From positions 1-29,279 of IMG/VR virus record IMGVR_UViG_2917398303_000005: a stretch of 29,279 nucleotides of DNA; one strand, 5' to 3'. Shown one piece after another: positions 16,196 through 25,176 of this stretch; within the stretch, counting starts at the first letter, position 1, and each line of letters starts with the position of its first letter. A model generated the notes under the pieces. That model was given only the letters and a program-made list of their open reading frames with translations. It had not been told where the DNA came from and ran no database searches. Origin of the DNA: a virus. Lineage: Duplodnaviria; Heunggongvirae; Uroviricota; Caudoviricetes. A program made the position numbers and the translations under genes.

Positions 16196-16398
16196 TGAAA
16201 GTCTACGCGATGCAGGGCGACACCCTCGACGCGCTTTGCGCCCGGTATTACGGGCGCACTGAGGGCGTGGTCGAGACGGTGCTGCAGGCTAATCCCGGTG
16301 TGTCTGAGCTGGGCGTCATTCTGCCGCATGGCACGGCGATTGACCTGCCCGACGTGGCATCGTCACCCGTAACAGAAACTATCAACCTTTGGGAGTAA
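16195..16398 (+). CDS. X: tail protein X (LysM-like)
   Basis: 67 aa from ATG 16195: MKVYAMQGDTLDALCARYYGRTEGVVETVLQANPGVSELGVILPHGTAIDLPDV. The ORF-track 90-aa version is an upstream extension. Confidence 0.8.
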   Translation: MKVYAMQGDTLDALCARYYGRTEGVVETVLQANPGVSELGVILPHGTAIDLPDVASSPVTETINLWE

Positions 16399-16401
16399 AC
16401 C

Positions 16402-16698
16402 ATGACAGAAGGGGAAAAAGGCGTCCTGTCACTGTTTGTGATTGGCGTGATGATTGTTGTCGGAAAAGTGCTGGCGGGTGGTGAGCCCATTACCCCGCGC
16501 CTGTTTATCGGCCGCATGCTGCTCGGCGGTTTTGTTTCAATGGTCGCCGGTGTTGTTCTGGTGCAGTTTCCAGATATGTCACTGCCTGCCGTTTGTGGGA
16601 TTGGATCCATGCTCGGCATTGCAGGTTATCAGGTGGTGGAAATCGCCATTCAGCGCCGCTTTAAGTCACAACAGGGGGATAGCGATGCCGGTCATTAA
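16402..16698 (+). CDS. Y: holin (P2 gpY-like)
   Basis: 98 aa with hydrophobic transmembrane segments (LSLFVIGVMIVVGKVLAGG…GGFVSMVAGVVLVQF) and a charged C-terminus. Directly upstream of the endolysin. Confidence 0.7.
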   Translation: MTEGEKGVLSLFVIGVMIVVGKVLAGGEPITPRLFIGRMLLGGFVSMVAGVVLVQFPDMSLPAVCGIGSMLGIAGYQVVEIAIQRRFKSQQGDSDAGH

Positions 16699-17182
16699 TA
16701 CTCACCAGAATATCGCCGCGTTTCTGGACATGCTGGCCTATTCCGAAGGGACGGCGACGCATCCGCTGACGAAAAATCGTGGTTACGACGTCATTGTCAC
16801 TGGCCTTGATGGCAAGCCGGAAATTTTCACCGACTACACCGACCACCCTTTCGCACATGGCAGACCAGCGAAAGTGTTTAATCGACGCGGCGAAAAATCC
16901 ACGGCATCAGGGCGTTACCAGCAGCTTTATCTCTACTGGCCGCACTATCAGAAACAACTCGCATTGCCTGATTTCAGCCCGTTGTCGCAGGACAAACTTG
17001 CGATTCAGTTAATCCGCGAGCGCGGTGCCATTGAGGATATTAAGGCGGGGCGTATTGAGCGGGCAATTTCACGGTGCCGCAATATCTGGGCGTCGTTACC
17101 GGGTGCCGGTTACGGCCAACGTGAGCACAGCCTCGACAAACTGGTCACCGTATGGCGCACCGCTGGCGGGGTAATGGCATGA
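16685..17182 (+). CDS. K: endolysin, lambda R-like lytic transglycosylase (P2 gpK-like)
   Basis: 165 aa from ATG 16685. …FLDMLAYSEGTATHP…GYDVIVTG…FTDY…HP…GRYQ…DFSP…IQLIRERGA…RCRNIWASLPGAGYGQREH parallels lambda R. The ORF-track 242-aa version is an upstream extension overlapping the holin. Confidence 0.85.
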   Translation: MPVINTHQNIAAFLDMLAYSEGTATHPLTKNRGYDVIVTGLDGKPEIFTDYTDHPFAHGRPAKVFNRRGEKSTASGRYQQLYLYWPHYQKQLALPDFSPLSQDKLAIQLIRERGAIEDIKAGRIERAISRCRNIWASLPGAGYGQREHSLDKLVTVWRTAGGVMA

Positions 17183-17592
17183 AAATCCTAATTACACTTC
17201 TGGTGCTGGCTGTGCTCGGGATGTTGTGGTTGCGCCATGAGAACGGCAATTTATCCCGCTCCTTTGAGACAGCAAACCGCGTCGCGAGCGAACAAAAGAC
17301 GACGATTGGCATGCTGAAAAATCAGCTCAGTGTTGCCGGACAGCTTGCCAGACGTAATGAATCTGCGCAGGTGGCACTGCGTGAACAGCTCGCAAAGGCC
17401 AGCGAGGAAGCCAGCCGCCGTGAGCAGACAATAACGAGGTTACTTAATGAAAATGAAGCCTTTCGCCGCTGGTATAACGCTGCTCTGCCTGACGTTGTGC
17501 GTCGGCTGCACACCCGCACCGCCTGCGCCAGTGCCGGTGATTGTGGTCAACGGATGCCCGAGGGTGAGCCTTTGCCCGATGCCGGGAAGTGA
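17179..17592 (+). CDS. lysB: i-spanin (Rz-like, P2 lysB-like)
   Basis: Starts MKILITLLVLAVLGMLWL (N-terminal transmembrane segment) followed by a coiled-coil-like Q/E/R-rich region. Immediately after the endolysin. Confidence 0.7.
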   Translation: MKILITLLVLAVLGMLWLRHENGNLSRSFETANRVASEQKTTIGMLKNQLSVAGQLARRNESAQVALREQLAKASEEASRREQTITRLLNENEAFRRWYNAALPDVVRRLHTRTACASAGDCGQRMPEGEPLPDAGK

Positions 17593-17737
17593 CCCGAAAA
17601 CCAATGGCGACCTGAGCGCGGATATCCGCCGTCTTGAGGGCGCGCTGACCGCCTGCGCGCTGCAGGTCAAAACCGTCAAACACTGTCAGGATGAACTCGA
17701 TGCAGAAGCACAAAAGCCTGCGCAAAGCGCTGATTAA
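17447..17737 (+). CDS. lysC: o-spanin lipoprotein (Rz1-like, P2 lysC-like), overlapping lysB in another frame
   Basis: MKMKPFAAGITLLCLTLCVGC: signal peptide with a lipobox-like LCVGC, then a Pro-rich stretch PAPPAPVPV. It starts inside lysB and runs past its stop, the P2 lysB/lysC arrangement. Confidence 0.65.
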   Translation: MKMKPFAAGITLLCLTLCVGCTPAPPAPVPVIVVNGCPRVSLCPMPGSDPKTNGDLSADIRRLEGALTACALQVKTVKHCQDELDAEAQKPAQSAD

Positions 17738-18167
17738 CGCCGTGCCGCAGCTCAGGAATAACCCCGATATGCTGCGCCTGTTTGCTGACAACGGCCATAC
17801 CGATTCCCGGCTGGCGAGCTCGCTGTCGTTCGAAAAGGTGTATGTGCTTAACGTGGTGGTGACCGACTTCACCGGCGACCTCGATTTGATATTCGTGCCA
17901 GTGCAGGCGTGGCTGCGTGAACATCAGCCGGACATTATGACCACCAACGACGGGCGTGAGAAAGGATTCACCTGGATGATTGATATCAATAACGACGATT
18001 CGCTCGATATCAGTATCAGCCTGAGACTCACCGAGCGCACGCTCGTCAAAGAGGTCGACGGTGCGCTGCATGTCAGCTATGCCCCTGAACCGCCGCTGCC
18101 AGAGCCGGTGGCGCGCCCGGTCGGGCTGTACGTTAACGGCGAACTGGTGAGTAAGTGGGATGAGTGA
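17700..18167 (+). CDS. R: tail completion protein R (P2 gpR-like)
   Basis: 155 aa from ATG 17700 (in frame with the ORF-track start 17691). …NPDMLRLFADNG…SLSFEKVYVLNVVVTDFTGDLDLIFVPVQAWLREHQPDIMTT… matches P2 gpR. Confidence 0.8.
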   Translation: MQKHKSLRKALINAVPQLRNNPDMLRLFADNGHTDSRLASSLSFEKVYVLNVVVTDFTGDLDLIFVPVQAWLREHQPDIMTTNDGREKGFTWMIDINNDDSLDISISLRLTERTLVKEVDGALHVSYAPEPPLPEPVARPVGLYVNGELVSKWDE

Positions 18168-18609
18168 GTTAACCGCACTGCAGGAACGTCTTGCCGGTCT
18201 GATTGCCAGCCTGTCACCGGCGGCGCGTCGGCAAATGGCGGCTGAGATTGCGAAAAAGTTGCGTACCAGTCAGCAACAGCGCATCAAGCGCCAGCAGGCA
18301 CCCGACGGCACCCCGTATGCGGCACGAAAGCGCCAGCCGGTGCGGAGCAAGAAAGGTCGGATTAAACGTGAAATGTTCGCCAAACTGCGCACCAGTCGCT
18401 TTATGAAAGCCAAAGGCAGCGACAGTGCGGCGGTGGTGGAGTTTACCGGCAAGGTGCAGCGCATGGCGCGGGTGCATCAGTACGGGCTCAAAGACAGACC
18501 AAACCGCAACAGCCGGGATGTGCAGTACGAGGCGCGCCCGTTACTCGGTTTCACCCGCGACGATGAGCAGATGATTGAAGACGTCATTATCAGGCACCTC
18601 GGCAAATAA
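18160..18609 (+). CDS. S: tail completion / virion morphogenesis protein S (P2 gpS-like)
   Basis: 149 aa, synteny R-S-V; P2 gpS is about 150 aa. Confidence 0.85.
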   Translation: MSELTALQERLAGLIASLSPAARRQMAAEIAKKLRTSQQQRIKRQQAPDGTPYAARKRQPVRSKKGRIKREMFAKLRTSRFMKAKGSDSAAVVEFTGKVQRMARVHQYGLKDRPNRNSRDVQYEARPLLGFTRDDEQMIEDVIIRHLGK

Positions 18610-18677
18610 ATATTGTGTGAACCACCACCGGAGCCGCGCGAATTGGCGCGACTCCAGACCAGAGGCATCCTTGCACT

Positions 18678-19313
18678 ATGAATACGTTATCCACGATACA
18701 GGAGCTCGCGCGCGCGATTCGCAACCTCATCCGCTCAGGTGTGGTGACTGAGGTTGATACCGTGCAGGGGCTGTGCCGCGTACAAAGCGGCGGGATCCAG
18801 ACTACATGGCTGAACTGGCTGACCACCCGCGCCGGTCGTTCGCGGACTTGGTGGGCTCCCTCGGTCGGTGAGCAGGTTCTGCTGCTGGCAATCGGTGGCG
18901 AGCTCGATACTGCTTTCGTGCTGCCGGGTATTTTCTCCGACGATAACCCCGCCCCGTCTGCCTCGGCGGATGCGTGGCATGTGGTTTTCCCTGATGGTGC
19001 GGTCATTGAGTACGAACCCGAGACCGGCGCGCTGACGGTCAGCGGCATCAAAACTGCCGACGTGACGGCATCGAAGTCCATCACCGCAACCGTGCCGCTG
19101 GTACTGGTGAAAGCCTCGACCAGTATCACCCTCGACACCCCTGAGGTGATTTGCACCAATAAGCTGACGACGGCGACGCTTGAGGTGCAAAAGGGCGGCA
19201 CGATGAAAGGCAATGTCGAACATTCCGGCGGGTCACTGTCGTCTAATGGCAAGGTACTCCACCTCCATAAACACCCCGGCGACAGCGGCGGGACAACGGG
19301 TGCGCCGATATGA
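18678..19313 (+). CDS. V: baseplate spike/assembly protein V (P2 gpV-like)
   Basis: 211 aa, the same size as P2 gpV, in conserved position. Confidence 0.85.
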   Translation: MNTLSTIQELARAIRNLIRSGVVTEVDTVQGLCRVQSGGIQTTWLNWLTTRAGRSRTWWAPSVGEQVLLLAIGGELDTAFVLPGIFSDDNPAPSASADAWHVVFPDGAVIEYEPETGALTVSGIKTADVTASKSITATVPLVLVKASTSITLDTPEVICTNKLTTATLEVQKGGTMKGNVEHSGGSLSSNGKVLHLHKHPGDSGGTTGAPI

Positions 19314-19657
19314 CAGCGCGTTATCAGGGTATGAACCGAAATACCGGCCTCGGCATCAGCGATACCGAGCATATCAGCCAGAGCATGCGCGACATTCTGC
19401 TGACGCCGGTCGGCTCGCGGGTGATGCGTCGTGAATATGGCTCGCTTCTGTCGGCGCTGATTGATATGCCGCAAAACCCGGCGCTCAGGCTGCAAATTAT
19501 GGTGGCGTGCTATTCGGCTATCCAGAAGTGGGAGCCGCGCATCAGGCTTACCGCCATCAGCTTTGAGACCGGCGACGCTGGCGAGATGTATGTCGATATT
19601 ACCGGGATACGCACTGATACAGGTGCGTCAGTTTCAACCACTGTTTCACTGAGTTAA
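19310..19657 (+). CDS. W: baseplate protein W (P2 gpW-like)
   Basis: 115 aa, matching P2 gpW in size. Start overlaps the V stop (ATGA). Confidence 0.85.
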   Translation: MTARYQGMNRNTGLGISDTEHISQSMRDILLTPVGSRVMRREYGSLLSALIDMPQNPALRLQIMVACYSAIQKWEPRIRLTAISFETGDAGEMYVDITGIRTDTGASVSTTVSLS

Positions 19658-19663
19658 ATCACT

Positions 19664-20572
19664 ATGGCAACCGTTGACCTGAGTCAGTTACCCGTTCCCG
19701 ACGTGGTTGAGGAACTGGACTATGAAACCATCCTTGCGGAACGCATCGCGACGCTGATTTCGCTTTATCCCGAAGACCAGCAGGAGGCCATTGCCCGGAC
19801 GCTCGCTCTTGAGTCAGAGCCGATTGTTAAGCTGTTGCAGGAAAACGCCTACCGTGAAGTTATCTGGCGTCAGCGGGTGAACGAAGCCGCGCAGGCGGTG
19901 ACGCTGGCCTACTCCGCCGGTAACGACCTCGACGTCGTAGCCGGAAACAATAATACCGAACGCCTGACCATCACCCCGGTGGATGACACCACCATCCCGC
20001 CGACACCTGCCGTTATGGAGTCTGATACCGACCTGCGACTGCGCACGCAACAGGCATTTGAGGGATTGAGCGTGGCGGGTCCGGTCGGTGCATATGAGTA
20101 TCACGGTCGCAGCGCCGACGGGCGGGTCGCTGACGTTTCGGTCGCCAGCCCGTCGCCAGCCTGCGTGACGATTACCGTGCTATCGCGTGAGGGTGACGGC
20201 ACTGCCAGCCCTGAGCTACTGGCGATTGTTGATAAAGCTCTGAACGCCGAAGATGTGCGCCCGGTGGCTGACCGGGTGACCGTCCAGTCAGCCGAGATTG
20301 TGCCGTACCAGATTGACGCGACGATCTACGTTTACCCCGGCCCCGAATCTGAACCCATCAGGCAGGCGTCAGAGCAGAAGCTGCAGAGCTACATCAGCGC
20401 GCAGCACCGCCTCGGGCGAGATATTCGCCTGTCAGCCATTTATGCAGCGCTGCATGTTGAGGGAGTGCAGCGTGTCGAACTGGCATCACCACAGGCCGAC
20501 ATTGTGCTGAGTAAGTCGCAGGCGTCGAACTGCACCGAGTACCAGATAACTACCGGGGGCTCGGATGAGTGA
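19664..20572 (+). CDS. J: baseplate protein J (P2 gpJ-like)
   Basis: 302 aa, matching P2 gpJ in size. Synteny W-J-I. Confidence 0.85.
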   Translation: MATVDLSQLPVPDVVEELDYETILAERIATLISLYPEDQQEAIARTLALESEPIVKLLQENAYREVIWRQRVNEAAQAVTLAYSAGNDLDVVAGNNNTERLTITPVDDTTIPPTPAVMESDTDLRLRTQQAFEGLSVAGPVGAYEYHGRSADGRVADVSVASPSPACVTITVLSREGDGTASPELLAIVDKALNAEDVRPVADRVTVQSAEIVPYQIDATIYVYPGPESEPIRQASEQKLQSYISAQHRLGRDIRLSAIYAALHVEGVQRVELASPQADIVLSKSQASNCTEYQITTGGSDE

Positions 20573-21173
20573 TCGGCTGTTACCCGTTGGCTCGTCGCCG
20601 CTGGAAGTTGCCGCCGCTGCTGCACTCTCTGAGATTCAGCGCGTGCCGGTACCGTTGCGCACCCTGTGGAACTGGCGTACTTGCCCGGTAAACCTGCTGC
20701 CGTATCTGGCGTGGGCGCTATCGGTCGACAGGTGGGATGAGAAGTGGCCGGAGGCGACAAAGCGCAGCGTCTGCGCGTCCTCGTTTTTCGTCCATCAGCA
20801 CAAAGGCACCATCAGCGCATTGCGTCGGGTCGTCGAGCCGCTCGGCTTTCTGATTGAAGTGCGCGAGTGGTGGCAACTCGACGAGGAGCCAGGCACATTC
20901 CGCCTCGTTGTTGGCGTACTCGACAGCGGCATCACTGACGAAATGTATCAGGAGCTTGAGCGCCTGATTGAAGACGCCAAACCGGCAAGTCGCCACCTGA
21001 CCGGGCTGGCTATCAGTCTGAGCTCGACCGGCGAACTGTATGTCGGCGCGGGATGCTATCACGGCGAAGCGCTGACTGTTTACCCCTACACCCCCGAGGA
21101 GATTGTCGTCGGCGGTGAATATTACCCGGCCTCGGCCATCCATTTGATTGATAACCTGAGAGTGAACGCATGA
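20565..21173 (+). CDS. I: baseplate/tail protein I (P2 gpI-like)
   Basis: 202 aa. Overlaps J and H at both ends, as typical. Confidence 0.85.
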   Translation: MSDRLLPVGSSPLEVAAAAALSEIQRVPVPLRTLWNWRTCPVNLLPYLAWALSVDRWDEKWPEATKRSVCASSFFVHQHKGTISALRRVVEPLGFLIEVREWWQLDEEPGTFRLVVGVLDSGITDEMYQELERLIEDAKPASRHLTGLAISLSSTGELYVGAGCYHGEALTVYPYTPEEIVVGGEYYPASAIHLIDNLRVNA

Positions 21174-22186
21174 CCGCAAAATATTTTGCCATTCTGACCA
21201 ATCAGGGCGCGGCGCGGCTGGCGAACGCGGCGGCACTTGGTACCAGACTCAACCTGACGCAAATGGCCGTCGGTGATGCGAATGGTACGCTGCCGACCCC
21301 TGACCCGGCGCAGACAAAGCTCATTAACCAGAAGCGCATTGCGCCGCTGAACCTTCTGACTGTTGACCCGGCCAATACCAGCCAGATTATCGCGGAGCAG
21401 ATTATTCCCGAGAATGAGGGCGGTTTCTGGATCCGAGAGATTGGTCTCTACGATGACGACGGTATTCTAATTGCCGTAGCGAACTGCCCGGAGACCTACA
21501 AGCCGCAACTGCAGGAGGGAAGCGGCCGCACGCAGACCATTCGCATGATTCTGATTGTGTCGAACACATCGGCAATTACCCTTAAAATCGACCCATCGGT
21601 CGTGCTGGCAACGCGTCAGTATGTTGACGACAAGATTATCGAGGTGAAAGCCTATGCTGATGACCTGATGGCAACACATCTCGCTACTGCCGACCCACAT
21701 TCGCAGTACCTAAAAGCGGCGGATATTGATAAATATATTCCGGTTGGCTTTCCGCTACCGTGGCCACAGGCAACGCTGCCGGTCGGCTGGCTGAAATGCA
21801 ATGGAGCAGCTTTTGATAAGGTGAAATATCCAAAGCTGGCAGTTGTCTATCCGACAGGAGTATTGCCTGATTTGCGTGCTGAATTTCTCCGCGGCTGGGA
21901 TGACGGGCGCGGCGTTGATGGCGGACGTTCATTACTCAGTTCTCAAGGGGATGCAATCCGCAATATCACGGGTAGTTTGGGATTTATTACGATGGTAGGG
22001 AATAGCGTTGCTGACGGGGTATTCACCATCGGTGGGGCGCAGAACATAGTAAATTTAGGCATTGATGGAAATCCGACGACATTAGCCCAATTCGCTTTTT
22101 TTAACGCTGCAAATGCGGGCGTACCCGTGGCAGCAGAAAACCGCCCACGAAATATTGCGTTTAATTATATTGTGAGGGCTGCATGA
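21170..22186 (+). CDS. H: tail fiber protein H (short form: P2-H-like N-terminus plus short C-terminal receptor-binding region)
   Basis: 338 aa. The N-terminal ~160 aa (…QMAVGDANGTLP…GGFWIREIGLYDDDGILIAVAN…YKP…EGSGR…IRMILIVS…) are P2 gpH-like. The C-terminus …RPRNIAFNYIVRAA is a typical tail-fiber ending. Much shorter than P2 gpH (669 aa). Confidence 0.8.
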   Translation: MTAKYFAILTNQGAARLANAAALGTRLNLTQMAVGDANGTLPTPDPAQTKLINQKRIAPLNLLTVDPANTSQIIAEQIIPENEGGFWIREIGLYDDDGILIAVANCPETYKPQLQEGSGRTQTIRMILIVSNTSAITLKIDPSVVLATRQYVDDKIIEVKAYADDLMATHLATADPHSQYLKAADIDKYIPVGFPLPWPQATLPVGWLKCNGAAFDKVKYPKLAVVYPTGVLPDLRAEFLRGWDDGRGVDGGRSLLSSQGDAIRNITGSLGFITMVGNSVADGVFTIGGAQNIVNLGIDGNPTTLAQFAFFNAANAGVPVAAENRPRNIAFNYIVRAA

Positions 22187-22782
22187 TGGCTAAAGCGACA
22201 CTGAATAAGAACGGCATTGCCACAAAAGCCGGAGACATGACAGTTTATAACTACCACGGTGACACCCGTGAATATCTGGCTTCCTCAGTAGAGTTTCTGG
22301 CTGCGGGTGTCGGAATTCCGGCTAACTCATGCATAGATGCGCCGGTCGAAGAAAAAGACGGTTTTGTTGTGTGTCGTACGGTCAGTCTTGGCGAATGGGA
22401 GTATGTGAGAGACCACCGAGGCGAAACAGCATATGACATGGAAACTGGCCAGCCTGTTAAGATTACCGAGCTAGGTGATTATCCTCCGGGTATGACCACA
22501 ATCGAACCATTAACACCTTATGACCGCTGGAATGGTAACGCATGGATTACCGATAAGGACGCTCAAAAAGATGATCAGATTGCTGATGCAGAAAAGAAGA
22601 GAATCGAATTTCTGGCCAAGGCGAAAAACACTATTAGTCTCTGGCAGACGGAGCTGCAGCTTGGAATTATCGGGGATGCTGACAAAGCAAGCCTCATTGC
22701 GTGGATGAAATACATTCAGGCGCTGAACGCAGTCGACACTTCCACGGCACCGGATATCGAGTGGCCGGTTAAACCGGAGTAA
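22183..22782 (+). CDS. G: tail fiber assembly chaperone G (Tfa)
   Basis: 199 aa directly after H. Start overlaps the H stop. Confidence 0.8.
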   Translation: MMAKATLNKNGIATKAGDMTVYNYHGDTREYLASSVEFLAAGVGIPANSCIDAPVEEKDGFVVCRTVSLGEWEYVRDHRGETAYDMETGQPVKITELGDYPPGMTTIEPLTPYDRWNGNAWITDKDAQKDDQIADAEKKRIEFLAKAKNTISLWQTELQLGIIGDADKASLIAWMKYIQALNAVDTSTAPDIEWPVKPE

Positions 22783-22786
22783 TGCA

Positions 22787-22810
22787 GGCGGGCTGATGCC
22801 CGTCTTTTTT
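22787..22810 (+). terminator. intrinsic terminator after G
   Basis: 7-bp stem ggcgggc/tgat/gcccgtc at 22787-22804, followed by TTTTTT at 22805-22810. Confidence 0.65.
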
Positions 22811-22912
22811 ATGATTTGTTTATGTGCCATCGCCTAGCCATCGCCGACAAATAGCCCCTCACTAGACCAGCCAGGACAATAACACTCGCCCACTAACCAC
22901 GGAGTTAACCGG

Positions 22913-24091
22913 ATGAGTGATTTTCACCACGGCGTGCAGGTGCTTGAGATTAACGACGGCACCCGCGTCATATCCACTGTTGCAACCGCAATCATCGGCA
23001 TGGTCTGCACGGCCAGCGATGCGGATGCGGCAACCTTTCCCCTCAACGAGCCGGTACTGATTACCAATGTGCAGAGCGCCATTGCGAAAGCCGGAAAAAA
23101 AGGCACGCTGGCCGCGTCCCTGCAGGCCATCGCCGACCAGTCAAAACCTGTCACCGTTGTCGTGCGCGTTGCCGAAGGCTCTGGCGATGACGCCGAAGCA
23201 CAGACTATTTCTAACATTATCGGCGGCACGGATGAAAACGGTAAATACACCGGTATAAAAGCGCTGTTAACTGCCGAAGCGGTAACCGGCGTTAAGCCGC
23301 GCATTCTAGGCGTGCCGGGTCTCGATACCAAAGAGGTTGCAGTCGCACTTGCTTCGGTCTGTATCAACCTGCGCGCGTTTGGCTATGTCAGCGCATGGGG
23401 CTGTAAGACCATTTCCGAAGCGATGGCCTATCGCGAGAATTTCAGTCAGCGTGAGCTGATGGTCATCTGGCCTGATTTCCTTGCATGGGACACCACCACG
23501 AACGCCACCGCAACGGCCTACGCTACTGCGCGCGCACTCGGCCTGCGTGCTTACATCGACAAGACTGTTGGCTGGCACAAAACTTTGTCTAACGTCGGCG
23601 TGCAGGGTGTTACCGGCATCAGCGCATCAGTTTTTTGGGATTTGCAGGCATCCGGCACCGATGCTGATCTGCTCAACGAGGCAGGGGTCACGACACTGGT
23701 GCGTAAGGATGGCTTCCGCTTCTGGGGTAACCGCACCTGCTCTGATGACCCGCTATTCCTGTTTGAGAACTACACCCGCACCGCACAGGTGCTGGCTGAC
23801 ACGATGGCTGAGGCACACATGTGGGCGGTCGACAAACCCATTACACCGACACTCATTCGTGACATTGTCGACGGCATTAACGCCAAATTCCGCGAACTGA
23901 AATCTAACGGCTACATCGTGGACGGCGAATGCTGGTTCGACGAGGAATCGAACGACAAGGAAATCCTCAAGGCCGGGAAATTGTATATCGACTACGACTA
24001 TACGCCGGTTCCACCACTGGAAAGCCTGACCCTGCGACAGCGTATCACCGATAAATATCTGGTGAATCTGGCCGAATCGGTCAACAGCTAA
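22913..24091 (+). CDS. FI: contractile tail sheath protein (P2 gpFI-like)
   Basis: 392 aa (P2 FI is about 396 aa). Synteny FI-FII-E-T-U-D. Confidence 0.9.
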   Translation: MSDFHHGVQVLEINDGTRVISTVATAIIGMVCTASDADAATFPLNEPVLITNVQSAIAKAGKKGTLAASLQAIADQSKPVTVVVRVAEGSGDDAEAQTISNIIGGTDENGKYTGIKALLTAEAVTGVKPRILGVPGLDTKEVAVALASVCINLRAFGYVSAWGCKTISEAMAYRENFSQRELMVIWPDFLAWDTTTNATATAYATARALGLRAYIDKTVGWHKTLSNVGVQGVTGISASVFWDLQASGTDADLLNEAGVTTLVRKDGFRFWGNRTCSDDPLFLFENYTRTAQVLADTMAEAHMWAVDKPITPTLIRDIVDGINAKFRELKSNGYIVDGECWFDEESNDKEILKAGKLYIDYDYTPVPPLESLTLRQRITDKYLVNLAESVNS

Positions 24092-24106
24092 GGAGCCTGA
24101 AACTAC

Positions 24107-24625
24107 ATGGCACTACCCCGCAAACTCAAATATCTGAACATGTTCAACGATGGCCTCAGCTACATGGGCGTTGTTGAATCCGTGACGCTGCCGAAGCTGA
24201 CCCGCAAGCTCGAAAACTATCGCGGCGGCGGTATGAATGGCGCGGCGGCGATTGACCTCGGTCTCGACGATGATGCGTTAACCGTCGAATGGTCTGTCGG
24301 TGGCCTGCCCGATGTGGCGCTGTGGGCGCAATACGCCGCGCCGGGTGCTGACGCCGTGCCGCTGCGTTTTGCTGGCTCTTACCAGCGCGACGACACTGGC
24401 GAAATCATCGCGGTCGAGGTGGCCATGCGTGGCCGTCATAAAGAAATCGACGGCGGCGAGAATAAGCAGGGTGAAAACACCTCGACCAAACTGTCGACCG
24501 TTTGCACCTACTACCGCCTCACGATTGATGGTAGCGACGTCATCGAAATCGACACCGTCAACATGGTCGAGAAGGTGAACGGCGTCGACCGTCTGGAACA
24601 GCACCGCCGCGCAATCGGGCTGTAA
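24107..24625 (+). CDS. FII: tail tube protein (P2 gpFII-like)
   Basis: 172 aa, P2 FII-like in size and position, with RBS AGGAG upstream. Confidence 0.9.
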   Translation: MALPRKLKYLNMFNDGLSYMGVVESVTLPKLTRKLENYRGGGMNGAAAIDLGLDDDALTVEWSVGGLPDVALWAQYAAPGADAVPLRFAGSYQRDDTGEIIAVEVAMRGRHKEIDGGENKQGENTSTKLSTVCTYYRLTIDGSDVIEIDTVNMVEKVNGVDRLEQHRRAIGL

Positions 24626-24632
24626 ATCCCTG

Positions 24633-24663
24633 ACCGGTCAGTGCTACTGGCCGGTTATTAATT
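24633..24663 (+). terminator. possible attenuator/terminator hairpin between FII and E
   Basis: 9-bp stem (one G-U pair) accggtcag/tgcta/ctggccggt at 24633-24655, followed by the T-rich tail tattaatt. Confidence 0.4.
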
Positions 24664-24688
24664 CCCTTTCAGAGCAGAGAAAAACATC

Positions 24689-25024
24689 ATGGCAAAAGCA
24701 CCACGTAAAACCGCTGAATTTGTTGATACGGCTGGCAATGAAATTGACACCGTAAACCCGTACGTCGTGACTCTCGACAAGCCGATTAAGCGTGCCGGTC
24801 AGACGATTGATAAAGTCACACTGATTGAGCCGAACGCAGGTACCCTGCGCGGTGTCAGTCTGGCAGCGGTGGCGCAGTCCGAAGTCGATGCGCTGATTAA
24901 AGTGCTGCCCCGCATGACCTATCCCGCCCTCACGGCGCAGGAGCTTACCGCGATGAACCTGCCCGATATGCTGTCGCTGGCCGCTAAGGTGATTGGTTTT
25001 TTGTCACCGGCTTCGGCGGAATAG
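24689..25024 (+). CDS. E: tail assembly chaperone E (P2 gpE-like)
   Basis: 111-aa ORF between the tube and tape-measure genes. Contains a slippery run near its 3' end. Confidence 0.8.
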   Translation: MAKAPRKTAEFVDTAGNEIDTVNPYVVTLDKPIKRAGQTIDKVTLIEPNAGTLRGVSLAAVAQSEVDALIKVLPRMTYPALTAQELTAMNLPDMLSLAAKVIGFLSPASAE

Positions 25025-25176
25025 ATTTCCCGCCCGACCTGTCGACCGATGACCTGATGGCGGATATAGCGGTGATATTCCACTGGTCGCCATCAGAGCT
25101 CTATTCCCTGAGCCTGACCGAGCTCATCACATGGCGCGAAAAGGCGCTGCAGCGTAGCGGAAACCACAATGAGTAA
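24689..25176 (+). CDS. E+E': tail assembly chaperone E+E' made by programmed -1 ribosomal frameshift
   Basis: Slippery heptamer TTTTTTG at 24997-25003 near the end of E. The -1 frame stays open for about 57 more codons (…FVTGFGGIDFPPDLSTDDLMADIAVIFHWSPSELYSLSLTELITWREKALQRSGNHNE) to TAA at 25174-25176, overlapping the T start. Same arrangement as P2 E/E+E' and lambda G/GT. Confidence 0.65.

Noticed and set aside
16126-17182. Long ORF-track versions of X (90 aa) and endolysin (242 aa)
   Set aside because: The upstream extensions overlap the preceding genes and lack homology-like content. In-frame ATGs at 16195 and 16685 give products of P2-like size.
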